Shown here piece by piece: positions 18,014-25,561 of a stretch of DNA of 32,000 nucleotides. The translations under genes were made by a program, and so were the position numbers. The stretch's first letter is position 1, and each line of letters opens with the position of its first letter. Under the pieces are notes generated by a model. The model was not told the DNA's origin, searched no databases, and saw only the letters and a list, made by a program, of their open reading frames with translations. The DNA comes from Pseudoalteromonas tetraodonis (lineage in GTDB: Bacteria > Pseudomonadota > Gammaproteobacteria > Enterobacterales > Alteromonadaceae), in contig NZ_CP011041.1 of the NCBI RefSeq assembly GCF_002310835.1, forward strand, positions 1,620,001 to 1,652,000, given 5' to 3'.

Positions 18014-18400
18014 ATGTCACAGTCCCCGGAGTTATCCTTTTCTAAACGTTTACTCAAGCACATCCTGCTATGGACTGTGTTTGGTTATTGTTACCAAAGT
18101 GCCATATCGTTATTACAAAAAATGGCCATTGATGCATACCCAGATAATGCGCTGATGATGACTTTCTTATATGGCATCGGGTTTAATCTTTTATCCGGGC
18201 ATTTAATCACAAAATACGATCATTTTTGGCCAGTGTGGGGCGCGTTTTACATTGGCATTATCGGTTTGGTGGCTGTGCCTCTTTTGTTGATCGGCGTGGT
18301 CGGATTGTTGCCGATGAGCTTACTTGTTGGAATTTTGCTCAGTTTACCTGTGTGTACCTTTGCTATTGGTTTAATTAAAGAAAAACTCAATAAAAACTAG
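18014..18400 (+). CDS. small integral membrane protein, function unknown
   Basis: 128 aa. GGAG lies 8 nt upstream of the ATG. 3-4 hydrophobic helices and no recognisable family motif. Confidence 0.55.
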   Translation: MSQSPELSFSKRLLKHILLWTVFGYCYQSAISLLQKMAIDAYPDNALMMTFLYGIGFNLLSGHLITKYDHFWPVWGAFYIGIIGLVAVPLLLIGVVGLLPMSLLVGILLSLPVCTFAIGLIKEKLNKN

Positions 18401-18469
18401 CCCCAAACGGCTTTTATTTTGTGATAGCATATACGGGTCTTTTAACTAACAAAACGTGAATAACACATT

Positions 18470-19087
18470 ATGTCAGATAATTTTACTACAGATGCTGAAA
18501 AAGCAAGTTACGGTATTGGCTTACAAATGGGTGAGCAACTTAAGGCTAACCCTTTTGAAGGTTTAAACTTAAATTCAGTATTTGAAGGCATGAAAGATGC
18601 GTATGCAGGCAGTGCTTTTCAAGTAGAGATCCCTGAGATCCAAGCTGCATTTGAGAAAATCAACGAAGAGATCCAAGCTCGTCGTGAAGAAGAAGCTAAA
18701 GTATTGGCTGCTGAAGGTATTGCATTTTTAGAAGAAAACGCAAAACGTCCTGAAATTACAGTTACTGAGTCAGGTCTTCAGTACGAAGTACTTGCAACAG
18801 GTGAAGGCGAAAAGCCAACTGCAGAGTCTACAGTACGTGTTGATTACCACGGTACTTTAGTAAACGGTACTGTTTTTGATAGCTCATACGAGCGCGGTCA
18901 ACCTGCTGAATTCCCAGTAGGTGGCGTGATCAAAGGTTGGACTGAAGCATTACAAATGATGCCAGTAGGTACTAAATGGCGTTTATACGTTCCTCATGAG
19001 CTTGCTTATGGTGAACGTGGTGCCGGTGCTGCAATCGCACCTTACTCAACTCTAGTATTTGACGTTGAGTTACACGCAATTCTTTAA
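18470..19087 (+). CDS. fklB: FKBP-type peptidyl-prolyl cis-trans isomerase
   Basis: 205 aa. ASYGIGLQ.G.QL, LEENAK, TESGLQ, DGTVFDSS..RG.PAEFPV.GVI.GW.EAL..MPVG.KW and YGERGAG are colinear with E. coli FklB. Confidence 0.9.
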   Translation: MSDNFTTDAEKASYGIGLQMGEQLKANPFEGLNLNSVFEGMKDAYAGSAFQVEIPEIQAAFEKINEEIQARREEEAKVLAAEGIAFLEENAKRPEITVTESGLQYEVLATGEGEKPTAESTVRVDYHGTLVNGTVFDSSYERGQPAEFPVGGVIKGWTEALQMMPVGTKWRLYVPHELAYGERGAGAAIAPYSTLVFDVELHAIL

Positions 19088-19102
19088 TTAGAATTTAGTT
19101 GT

Positions 19103-19139
19103 AAAAAAACCGCATTCATTATTACGAATGCGGTTTTTT
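19103..19139. terminator. bidirectional terminator between fklB and the TonB-dependent receptor gene
   Basis: A7-CCGCATTC (19110-19117) / GAATGCGG (19126-19133) with an 8-nt loop, then T6. It sits between convergent genes. Confidence 0.85.
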
Positions 19140-19165
19140 ATTGTCTGATTAAAAATGAGCGCGTT

Positions 19166-21556
19166 TTAAAAGTAGCCTCTAACGCCAAATTGGAAGTTAC
19201 GTCCAGGAAGAGGTGCCGTATCTTTAATAAATGAACTATGTACAAAACCAAGTTCATCAGTAATGTTATCAACACTTAGGTATAGCTGCGTGTCAACTGC
19301 GCCTAAATCAAGTTGATAATTGGCTTGTAAATCAATTAATGTATAGCCATCCGTTGCCGTTTCGTAAGCACTAATATCATTTTGCTCAAAGTAATGGGTT
19401 CCTGTTAAGGTAAATTGCGCATTACCTAGAGTATATTGTAGTTCTGAGCCCAATTTATTGGCAGGGATACGTGGTAAATTACCTTCATTATCTTTTAGTT
19501 TGGCGCGAGTAGAGTCACCAAATACTTTTACCATGGCGCTGGGGTTTATTTGATAATGTGCATCAAATTCAAAACCATAAAGCTGCGCATCTTTACTGGT
19601 AAATTGATAAACATCAATTGCATCGCTGTGTCCATTGGCAGCAGACTCAAAGCCATCCATCTCATCAAACACTAATCCGGTGTTTTGTTGATAATAAAAG
19701 TTTTTAATATCGTTATAGAAAAAGTTGACGGTGTAGCCAAAGTCACCGCTAAAACGACGTAAACTAATATCAAGATTGGTTGAGGTCTCTTGTTTAATTT
19801 CTTCAGGTTCAAAATGCGCTTCTGCCCCTTCAATATGATAGCCCAAACCAAGCTCATAAGTACCTGTGGCAACATGCACACCATTAGAGAGTAACTCAGC
19901 TGAAAGTGGCGCACGCTCTGAATGTGATAAGCTAACGGCTAGGTTGTGACTTGGCATATACTCCCAAATCGCACCGGCTGAGGCACTTACATTAGTAAAG
20001 CTTTGGGTGTAGTTAATAGTCTCATCTGCCGATACAGGTTGTTCATCATGGCTGTGCTGATGTGTATCTACATCACTTTTGATATCATAATCTTCTAGGC
20101 GGGCGCCAAGCTCTACGGTGACATCGCCAAATGTGCGTTCTTCAAGTAAATATAACGCATGAGTGGTAGTGACACTTGCAGGCGTAAACGCTTCTTCGCC
20201 AATTGCATCGTAATCAGATTCACTATAGTGATAGCCAATCATGCCATGCCATTGGCCTAACTGATGCTCTACATTTAAACGTGCTTCAGTGGTTTCGTTA
20301 CTAAACGTGGTGCCAATCGCGCCATCTTCAATTTCACTGTGAGTGTAGTCGGTGTAGCCAAGACGAAGATTAATCGATTCAATCCAGTTATCATGAAATG
20401 CATAACTTACCAGTCCTTGCCAACGATCTTGCTCTAAATGAGCATAAACGGGAGTTTCTGCGTGTTCTTCATCCGCGTGCGCTTCATGATCGCCTTCTTC
20501 TTCATGGGCATGACCGTGATCATGTGAATGCCCAGGAATGCCATAATCTGTTTCAATATTGCCGTATGAAAAGCCAACAGTTAAATGCTCACCGACATAG
20601 CTGGTACCAAAGTTTACTGTTTCACTGTCGATAAAGGTATTTTCAACTGAAGTGGCTGTTTCTTCATCGCCCTCAATGTGTACTTCACCTTCTTCATGTT
20701 CATCCGGTAGGTTAAAGCGAGGCGTTTGATAGTCATCACCACTGCGTTTGGTGCCATCAAAATGAAAATTAAAGTTATTGCTGCCTGTTTCTAATTTTGC
20801 CGCATAGGTGTTCGCATTTGAAACGGTATCGTGTGTGTATTGTGCCGCTCCCGAGAGTGCGTCAATATTATTGGTTGGAATACGGTTATCAACCACATTT
20901 ACTACACCGCCAATAGCACCAGAGCCATATAGTAGGGTGCTTGGGCCTCGTAGTACTTCAATTTGTTCAGCGGCTAAGCTATCACTTGATGTTGCGTGAT
21001 CTGGACCGATACGTGATGCATCACTGCTATCTAAACCGTTTTGAGTAATTTTAACACGAGGACCACCTAGGCCACGAATAATCGGACTTGAAGACACAGG
21101 ACCGAAGTAGCTAGCGTTTACTCCTGGTATTCCTTTAAGTGTTTCACCTAGGGTCGGTTTCGCTTTATTTTTTAGTTCATCCCCTGATAGTACGCTTACA
21201 GGTGAAATCATTTCTAAGCTATTTTTATGCAGTGCCGAGGCATACACAACCACAGTTTCAACCGAAGACGGCTTTAATGTAACAGTAATTGTATCGTCTA
21301 CATTCTCAAGCGATATACGTGAATCGATGTAGTTATCTTTACTAATATGTAATTGGCTTTTAGCATCTATGTCGATGCTAAACTGACCTTGTTCATTGCT
21401 TTTCACGCTTTGTGACTTTCCATGAACATGGATAGTTGCATTAGCAATAGGTTGTTTTTTTGAATCTGTTACTGTGCCGTTAATCGTTGCTGCTAGGGCA
21501 GAGTGAGAACACAAAACAGACAGTAGCGCTGAGGATATGAGTGTTAACTTTGTCAT
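19166..21556 (-). CDS. TonB-dependent outer-membrane receptor with His/Asp/Glu-rich loops (ZnuD-like, putative zinc uptake)
   Basis: 796 aa. Signal peptide ending SHSALA-A, an N-terminal carboxypeptidase-regulatory-like domain, a plug, a beta-barrel and the C-terminal FGVRGYF. Loop GHSHDHGHAHEEEGDHEAHADEEHAE (DNA about 20455-20545), with further loops PDEHEEGEVHIEGDEE and DTHQHSHDE. Confidence 0.88.
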   Translation of the reverse strand: MTKLTLISSALLSVLCSHSALAATINGTVTDSKKQPIANATIHVHGKSQSVKSNEQGQFSIDIDAKSQLHISKDNYIDSRISLENVDDTITVTLKPSSVETVVVYASALHKNSLEMISPVSVLSGDELKNKAKPTLGETLKGIPGVNASYFGPVSSSPIIRGLGGPRVKITQNGLDSSDASRIGPDHATSSDSLAAEQIEVLRGPSTLLYGSGAIGGVVNVVDNRIPTNNIDALSGAAQYTHDTVSNANTYAAKLETGSNNFNFHFDGTKRSGDDYQTPRFNLPDEHEEGEVHIEGDEETATSVENTFIDSETVNFGTSYVGEHLTVGFSYGNIETDYGIPGHSHDHGHAHEEEGDHEAHADEEHAETPVYAHLEQDRWQGLVSYAFHDNWIESINLRLGYTDYTHSEIEDGAIGTTFSNETTEARLNVEHQLGQWHGMIGYHYSESDYDAIGEEAFTPASVTTTHALYLLEERTFGDVTVELGARLEDYDIKSDVDTHQHSHDEQPVSADETINYTQSFTNVSASAGAIWEYMPSHNLAVSLSHSERAPLSAELLSNGVHVATGTYELGLGYHIEGAEAHFEPEEIKQETSTNLDISLRRFSGDFGYTVNFFYNDIKNFYYQQNTGLVFDEMDGFESAANGHSDAIDVYQFTSKDAQLYGFEFDAHYQINPSAMVKVFGDSTRAKLKDNEGNLPRIPANKLGSELQYTLGNAQFTLTGTHYFEQNDISAYETATDGYTLIDLQANYQLDLGAVDTQLYLSVDNITDELGFVHSSFIKDTAPLPGRNFQFGVRGYF

Positions 21557-21584
21557 AATTACTTCGAATCGTGGTTGTTATGTT

Positions 21585-21601
21585 GTGATATAATATAACA
21601 C
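21585..21601 (-). promoter_or_regulatory. Zur box candidate 1 (proximal)
   Basis: GTGATATAATATAACAC matches 14 of 17 positions of the ATGTTATAWTATAACAT core as I recall it. It lies 29-45 nt upstream of the receptor ATG and overlaps -10-like TATATT/TATTAT on the minus strand. Confidence 0.55.
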
Positions 21602-21621
21602 TACAAAATGGCATCATCAAC

Positions 21622-21640
21622 AATGTTATACTATAACTTT
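21622..21640 (-). promoter_or_regulatory. Zur box candidate 2 (distal)
   Basis: AATGTTATACTATAACTTT matches 17 of 19 positions of AATGTTATAWTATAACATT. It lies 66-84 nt upstream of the receptor ATG. Confidence 0.6.
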
Positions 21641-21729
21641 TAATTTTGCGTTGAATGGCAAAATAATCGCGTTAAATTTACATTACCAGCTCATTATTAC
21701 AGATCAGTGCATTTGTTATATTTATTCGC

Positions 21730-22119
21730 TTAAGAGCGGCTGTCTATCATTAGTATGTCTAATTTTTTTTGTGCTTTGAAAGGATTTTGTTTATCGATTA
21801 GTTCAAGCATTTCACAGTCATCGTTTATCATTTCTGAAATTAAGCTTGGGTAGTGTCGGCAATCTTGAGGACGGTCATGGTAAATACTGCACGTATATTT
21901 ATCTTTTTCTTGTGGATATTTTTTACTGCTAAGTACTAAAAATGGGCATTGCGTTAATTGCTCGCCTGTTTTGGGAGCAAACCATAACTGATCGTTTTTA
22001 ACATATTGAAATATTTCTGGGTTGAATAACGCCCACATTTCAATTTCATCCTGATTTGTATCTAAATCTGCCGCACCATATTTAGTGCAGCATTTACCGC
22101 ATTGATTGCAATTTTGCAT
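21730..22119 (-). CDS. YkgJ-family cysteine-cluster protein (UPF0153, putative Zn/Fe-binding)
   Basis: 129 aa. N-terminal CNQCGKCC (CxxCxxCC) plus downstream C...C.IY..RP..C..YP, as in the PF03692-type family as I recall it. Confidence 0.7.
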   Translation of the reverse strand: MQNCNQCGKCCTKYGAADLDTNQDEIEMWALFNPEIFQYVKNDQLWFAPKTGEQLTQCPFLVLSSKKYPQEKDKYTCSIYHDRPQDCRHYPSLISEMINDDCEMLELIDKQNPFKAQKKLDILMIDSRS

Positions 22120-22327
22120 AGGGTAGGTATTTACTATTGCGACTTAAATTAAGCGTTAAGTGTAGCACTGTAATATCCAGGTTTTTAAATTAAACCTCTG
22201 TTTTTATCGCTTATAATACTTTTGTAACAACGCAGCGCTTAATAATAATGTACTATTAGGGAATATATTTCGAATACGATGCCTTTAATAAATCAAAAAA
22301 GGCGCGTTAATAAGGTAGCAATTAATT

Positions 22328-22753
22328 ATGAATACTAAAGTATACAAAGCGGTTCACGATTTGGCGGAAAAGCTGATGGCAGCGGCTAATAAAAATGATA
22401 CTAAACAGTTTGAATCTTTATATGCTGAGCTAAAAGCTATTTGTATTGAAAACGAAAATACAGCGAAAGATCACCCTGTTCAGTGGGAAACATTGGCTGA
22501 TTTCACCGAAGAGCTAGAAGAAGCTATTGAGACTTACGAAAAAGCGTTACAGAAGTCGATAGAAATTAATAACAAAGATCATATGTCGTCTGTTGCCTTT
22601 TCTATGGCTACTTTACAGCTTGAGCTGGGTGATAAAGAAGCGGCAATTAAAAATCTGCAAGATGCTAAAATCAGTGCAAATAAAATTGAAGACAAAGAAT
22701 TAAAATCAGAGATCCATGAGTTATTAGAATCATTGGTTGAAGAAGAAGGCTAG
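22328..22753 (+). CDS. small acidic all-helical TPR-like protein, function unknown
   Basis: 141 aa, Glu/Asp-rich with no signal peptide. TPR-like segment EEAIETYEKALQKSIEINNKDHMSSVAFSMATLQLELGDKEAAIKNLQDA. It has its own terminator. Confidence 0.55.
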   Translation: MNTKVYKAVHDLAEKLMAAANKNDTKQFESLYAELKAICIENENTAKDHPVQWETLADFTEELEEAIETYEKALQKSIEINNKDHMSSVAFSMATLQLELGDKEAAIKNLQDAKISANKIEDKELKSEIHELLESLVEEEG

Positions 22754-22780
22754 ACAATTTTATAGCCATTATTAATAATC

Positions 22781-22817
22781 AGCGTCAGTAATAATACCAT
22801 TGGCGCTTTTTTTTTTT
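22781..22817 (+). terminator. rho-independent terminator after the TPR-like gene
   Basis: AGCGTCA (22781-22787) / TGGCGCT (22801-22807) stem with one G-U pair and a 13-nt loop, then a T11 run (22807-22817). Confidence 0.65.
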
Positions 22818-22890
22818 GATAAAAGCAAATTCTGCGTCATTAAATATTTATGCTTAAGTTAAGTCACTAAGCAAATCTTTTGGAGAAAAC

Positions 22891-23364
22891 ATGCTAGCGC
22901 AAATAGAACAATGGATTGATAAAACGAATAGCGAGTATGTTCATCAAAGAATATGCTGTGATACATTTGTTAGCGAATTTGCTGGCTTTTACCCGCATGA
23001 TTTTTTGAAAACTGCATTTTATGTGGTTGTTGAACACATTCCCAAGCCTGACTTTACTGGTTTACGTGAAATTGGTTTAAGCGATTTTATTGACATGGAT
23101 GTAGCAGGGATCACCTATAAAAACACTTATTACATATTACCTCATGTTGCGCGTAATTTAAGAGTGCATTTTCATGAGCTGGCTCATGTCGTTCAATGGC
23201 ACGAGCTCGGTGCTCACGCTTTTATTATGCGCTACATCAATGAAATCCAAACCTGTGGTTATGATGATGCTCCGCTTGAAAAAATGGCCTATGCACTTGA
23301 TGCGCACTTTACCAGCAATGGAAATAAATTTAATATTCCTGACTATATTACTCAACAGCTTTAG
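22891..23364 (+). CDS. small cytoplasmic HExxH protein (DUF4157-like metallopeptidase fold candidate)
   Basis: 157 aa. GGAG RBS and no signal peptide. AGITYKNTYYILPHVARNLRVHFHELAHVVQWHELG resembles the DUF4157 signature (..T.G..I.........HEL.HV.Q). Confidence 0.6.
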   Translation: MLAQIEQWIDKTNSEYVHQRICCDTFVSEFAGFYPHDFLKTAFYVVVEHIPKPDFTGLREIGLSDFIDMDVAGITYKNTYYILPHVARNLRVHFHELAHVVQWHELGAHAFIMRYINEIQTCGYDDAPLEKMAYALDAHFTSNGNKFNIPDYITQQL

Positions 23365-23391
23365 TTAATAAATATTATAAAAGGAATTTAT

Positions 23392-23988
23392 ATGTTGCGC
23401 TTTGTGCTCTATTTACTAGCTTTATCTGCCCTTGATGTAAAGGCAGCCGATTTTAATCATGATATTGTCAACGCATTGATCCACAGAACAACGCAACAAG
23501 TAACTTACGATAGCGCCTATCATAGGCTTGAATACCCTGGTGGCGATGTACCCGCTAATATTGGTGTATGTACTGATGTTATAATTAGGTCGTATCGACA
23601 GCTTGGTATTGATTTACAAAAGTTAGTACATGAAGACATGCAGGCCAATTTTCGCGCATATCCTTCTAAGCGTATTTGGGGATTAACCAAGCCAGATAAA
23701 AACATTGATCATCGACGTGTACCTAACTTACAGGTTTACTTTGAGCGCCATGCTCAAGTGTTATCTAAATCGCATAATGCAGCTGATTATAAAACCGGTG
23801 ACATAGTCACTTGGATGCTGCCAGGCAATTTACCGCACATAGGTATGGTCGTTAATCAAATAGCGCAGGACAGTGGTCAACCGCTTATTGTGCACAATAT
23901 TGGTCGCGGACCTGAAATGAGCGATATGCTTTTTGCTTATACAATTACGGGTCATTACCGATTTGTACCTGCTACTTATTCAGAGTAA
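23392..23988 (+). CDS. secreted DUF1287-family protein
   Basis: 198 aa. Signal peptide ending VKA-AD. YPGGDVPANIGVCTDVIIRSYRQLGIDLQKLVHEDM, NIDHRRVPNL, GDIVTW...LPHIGMV and VHNIG match my recollection of DUF1287. It starts 27 nt after the HExxH gene. Confidence 0.75.
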   Translation: MLRFVLYLLALSALDVKAADFNHDIVNALIHRTTQQVTYDSAYHRLEYPGGDVPANIGVCTDVIIRSYRQLGIDLQKLVHEDMQANFRAYPSKRIWGLTKPDKNIDHRRVPNLQVYFERHAQVLSKSHNAADYKTGDIVTWMLPGNLPHIGMVVNQIAQDSGQPLIVHNIGRGPEMSDMLFAYTITGHYRFVPATYSE

Positions 23989-24085
23989 ATAACACGGCTA
24001 TAATCGCGATTACTTGAGTAATAATTGCAGAAACAGGTAAGTGAATAAAGCGAGCTGTTAGGCATTATACTGTGTGGTTTGCTAG

Positions 24086-24358
24086 TTACTTTAAATTAAT
24101 ACTGATATCACCATTGGGCTTGCAGCAACACAATAGTATTTCACCATCACGCACAAAGGCTAACGGTTCTTCATTGTAATTGACTTCACCAGAGACAAGC
24201 GTAGCACGACACGCACCACAATATCCCTCACGGCACTGGTAAGCAACATCAATTTTATTCGATTCTAAGCAGTGTAAAAGAGAAGGGCAGCCAGCGGTAA
24301 AATCTAAGCACTGGCTGTTATCTGCAAGCGTGACACTTGCAGTGGTTCTATCAGTCAT
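24086..24358 (-). CDS. yfaE: 2Fe-2S ferredoxin YfaE (NrdB diferric-tyrosyl cofactor maintenance)
   Basis: 90 aa. CREGYCGACR...CCC plant-type 2Fe-2S cysteine pattern. One-nt TAATG overlap with the nrdB stop. This is the conserved nrdAB-yfaE order. Confidence 0.85.
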   Translation of the reverse strand: MTDRTTASVTLADNSQCLDFTAGCPSLLHCLESNKIDVAYQCREGYCGACRATLVSGEVNYNEEPLAFVRDGEILLCCCKPNGDISINLK

Positions 24359-25488
24359 TATAAATCAAAGTCACCAAATTCAGCTGCATCAACCTGTGAA
24401 TCAATTTGACCTACAAGGTATGAGCTAATTTCCGCTTCTTGTGGAGCAACTTGCACGTTATCAGAAACAAGCCATGAGTTGATCCATGGAATAGGGTTAC
24501 TGTTATTATCAAACTGTGCTGGTAAACCAATAGCAGTCATGCGTGCATTGGTAATGTATTCAACATACTGACATAAAATATGTTTATTTAAGCCAATCAT
24601 TGAACCATCTTTAAACAGGTACTCGGCCCATTCTTTTTCTTGCTCTGCAGCGTCAACAAACATCTTGATTGCTTCTTCACGGCACTGTGCAGCAACAATT
24701 GCCATTTCAGGGTCGTCTTTGCCATCTTGCATAATATTTAAAATATGCTGAGTGCCTGAAAGGTGAAGCGCTTCATCACGGGCAATAAGCTTAATAATTT
24801 TAGCATTGCCTTCCATTAGCTCACGCTCTGCAAACGCAAATGAACACGCAAAGCTGACATAAAAGCGAATAGCTTCAAGAATGTTCACTGACATCATCGC
24901 CAGATACAATTTCTTTTTCAGCTCAAATAAATTAACCACAACGGTTTCACCATTAATGTCATGTTTGCCTTCACCGTACAGGTTGTAAAGCGACACCGAG
25001 TTAATTAAATCGTCGTAATAAGTGGTTACGGCATCGGCACGTTCACTAATTTTGTCATTGCTAACAATGTCGTCAAAAATGAGTTCAGGGGCTTGAGTTA
25101 CATTACGAATAATATGTGTGTATGAACGGCTGTGAATGGTTTCACTAAACGCCCATGTTTCAATCCATGTTTCAAGCTCAGGAATTGACACAATTGGCAA
25201 TAGTGCAACGTTAGGCGAACGGCCTTGAACACTATCAAGTAAAGTTTGGTATTTTAAGTTACTTAAAAAGATATGTTTTTCGTGATCAGGAAGCGCTTGA
25301 AAGTCTAAACGGTCTTTACTTACGTCAACTTCTTCAGGACGCCAAAAGAAAGACAATTGTTTTTCAATCAGCTTTTCAAAAATAGGGTATTTTTGTTGAT
25401 CGTAACGTGACACGTTAACGGTTTGACCAAAAAACATTGGCTCTTGCATTTGGTTATTATGATTTCTGCTAAAAGTAGTATAAGACAT
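24358..25488 (-). CDS. nrdB: class Ia ribonucleotide reductase beta subunit
   Basis: Near-identical to E. coli NrdB over long stretches ([68 protein letters not shown]). The start was moved to the ATG of MSYTTF at 25488. The ORF track uses a GTG at 25497. Confidence 0.95.
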   Translation of the reverse strand: MSYTTFSRNHNNQMQEPMFFGQTVNVSRYDQQKYPIFEKLIEKQLSFFWRPEEVDVSKDRLDFQALPDHEKHIFLSNLKYQTLLDSVQGRSPNVALLPIVSIPELETWIETWAFSETIHSRSYTHIIRNVTQAPELIFDDIVSNDKISERADAVTTYYDDLINSVSLYNLYGEGKHDINGETVVVNLFELKKKLYLAMMSVNILEAIRFYVSFACSFAFAERELMEGNAKIIKLIARDEALHLSGTQHILNIMQDGKDDPEMAIVAAQCREEAIKMFVDAAEQEKEWAEYLFKDGSMIGLNKHILCQYVEYITNARMTAIGLPAQFDNNSNPIPWINSWLVSDNVQVAPQEAEISSYLVGQIDSQVDAAEFGDFDL

Positions 25489-25527
25489 GTTTATCACTCA
25501 AAAAACTATCACTAAAACTATCAGGAC

Positions 25528-25550
25528 AAAGCGGGCAAGGCGCCCGCTTT
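25528..25550 (-). other. GC-rich intercistronic stem-loop between nrdA and nrdB
   Basis: AGCGGGC (25530-25536) / GCCCGCT (25542-25548) with a 5-nt loop. Only TTT follows on the minus strand, so it is probably an mRNA stability or processing element rather than a full terminator. Confidence 0.45.
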
Positions 25551-25561
25551 AAGTTTAACTA

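Noticed and set aside
17859-18155. 98-aa plus-strand ORF in the ORF track.
   Set aside because: It is read straight through tRNA-Ser and its terminator, and it overlaps the better-supported 18014-18400 membrane ORF in another frame. It is spurious.
20398-20634. His-rich 78-aa plus-strand ORF.
   Set aside because: It is the antisense reading of the segment encoding the His/Asp/Glu-rich loop of the TonB-dependent receptor. The His richness is a mirror artefact of GAT/CAT/GTG codon composition.
22179-22205. AGGTTT / AAACCT hairpin followed by T5 in the divergent YkgJ/TPR intergenic region.
   Set aside because: The stem is only 6 bp of mostly A-T pairs. It lies upstream of the likely TATAAT (22211-22216) and has no transcript to terminate.
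23158-23368. Two extra ORFs (65 aa on the minus strand, 64 aa on the plus strand) overlapping the 3' end of the HExxH gene, leaving three frames open in the same 200 nt.
   Set aside because: AT-rich sequence with few stops. Neither ORF has an RBS or a recognisable motif. The frame carrying HELAHVVQW is the coherent one.
24001-24012. Perfect 12-bp palindrome TAATCGCGATTA between the convergent DUF1287 and yfaE 3' ends.
   Set aside because: It is real in the sequence but short, and it lies where no promoter is expected. It has no loop for a hairpin and no T-run. I cannot assign a function. I note only that neither convergent gene has an obvious terminator in this 97-nt spacer.
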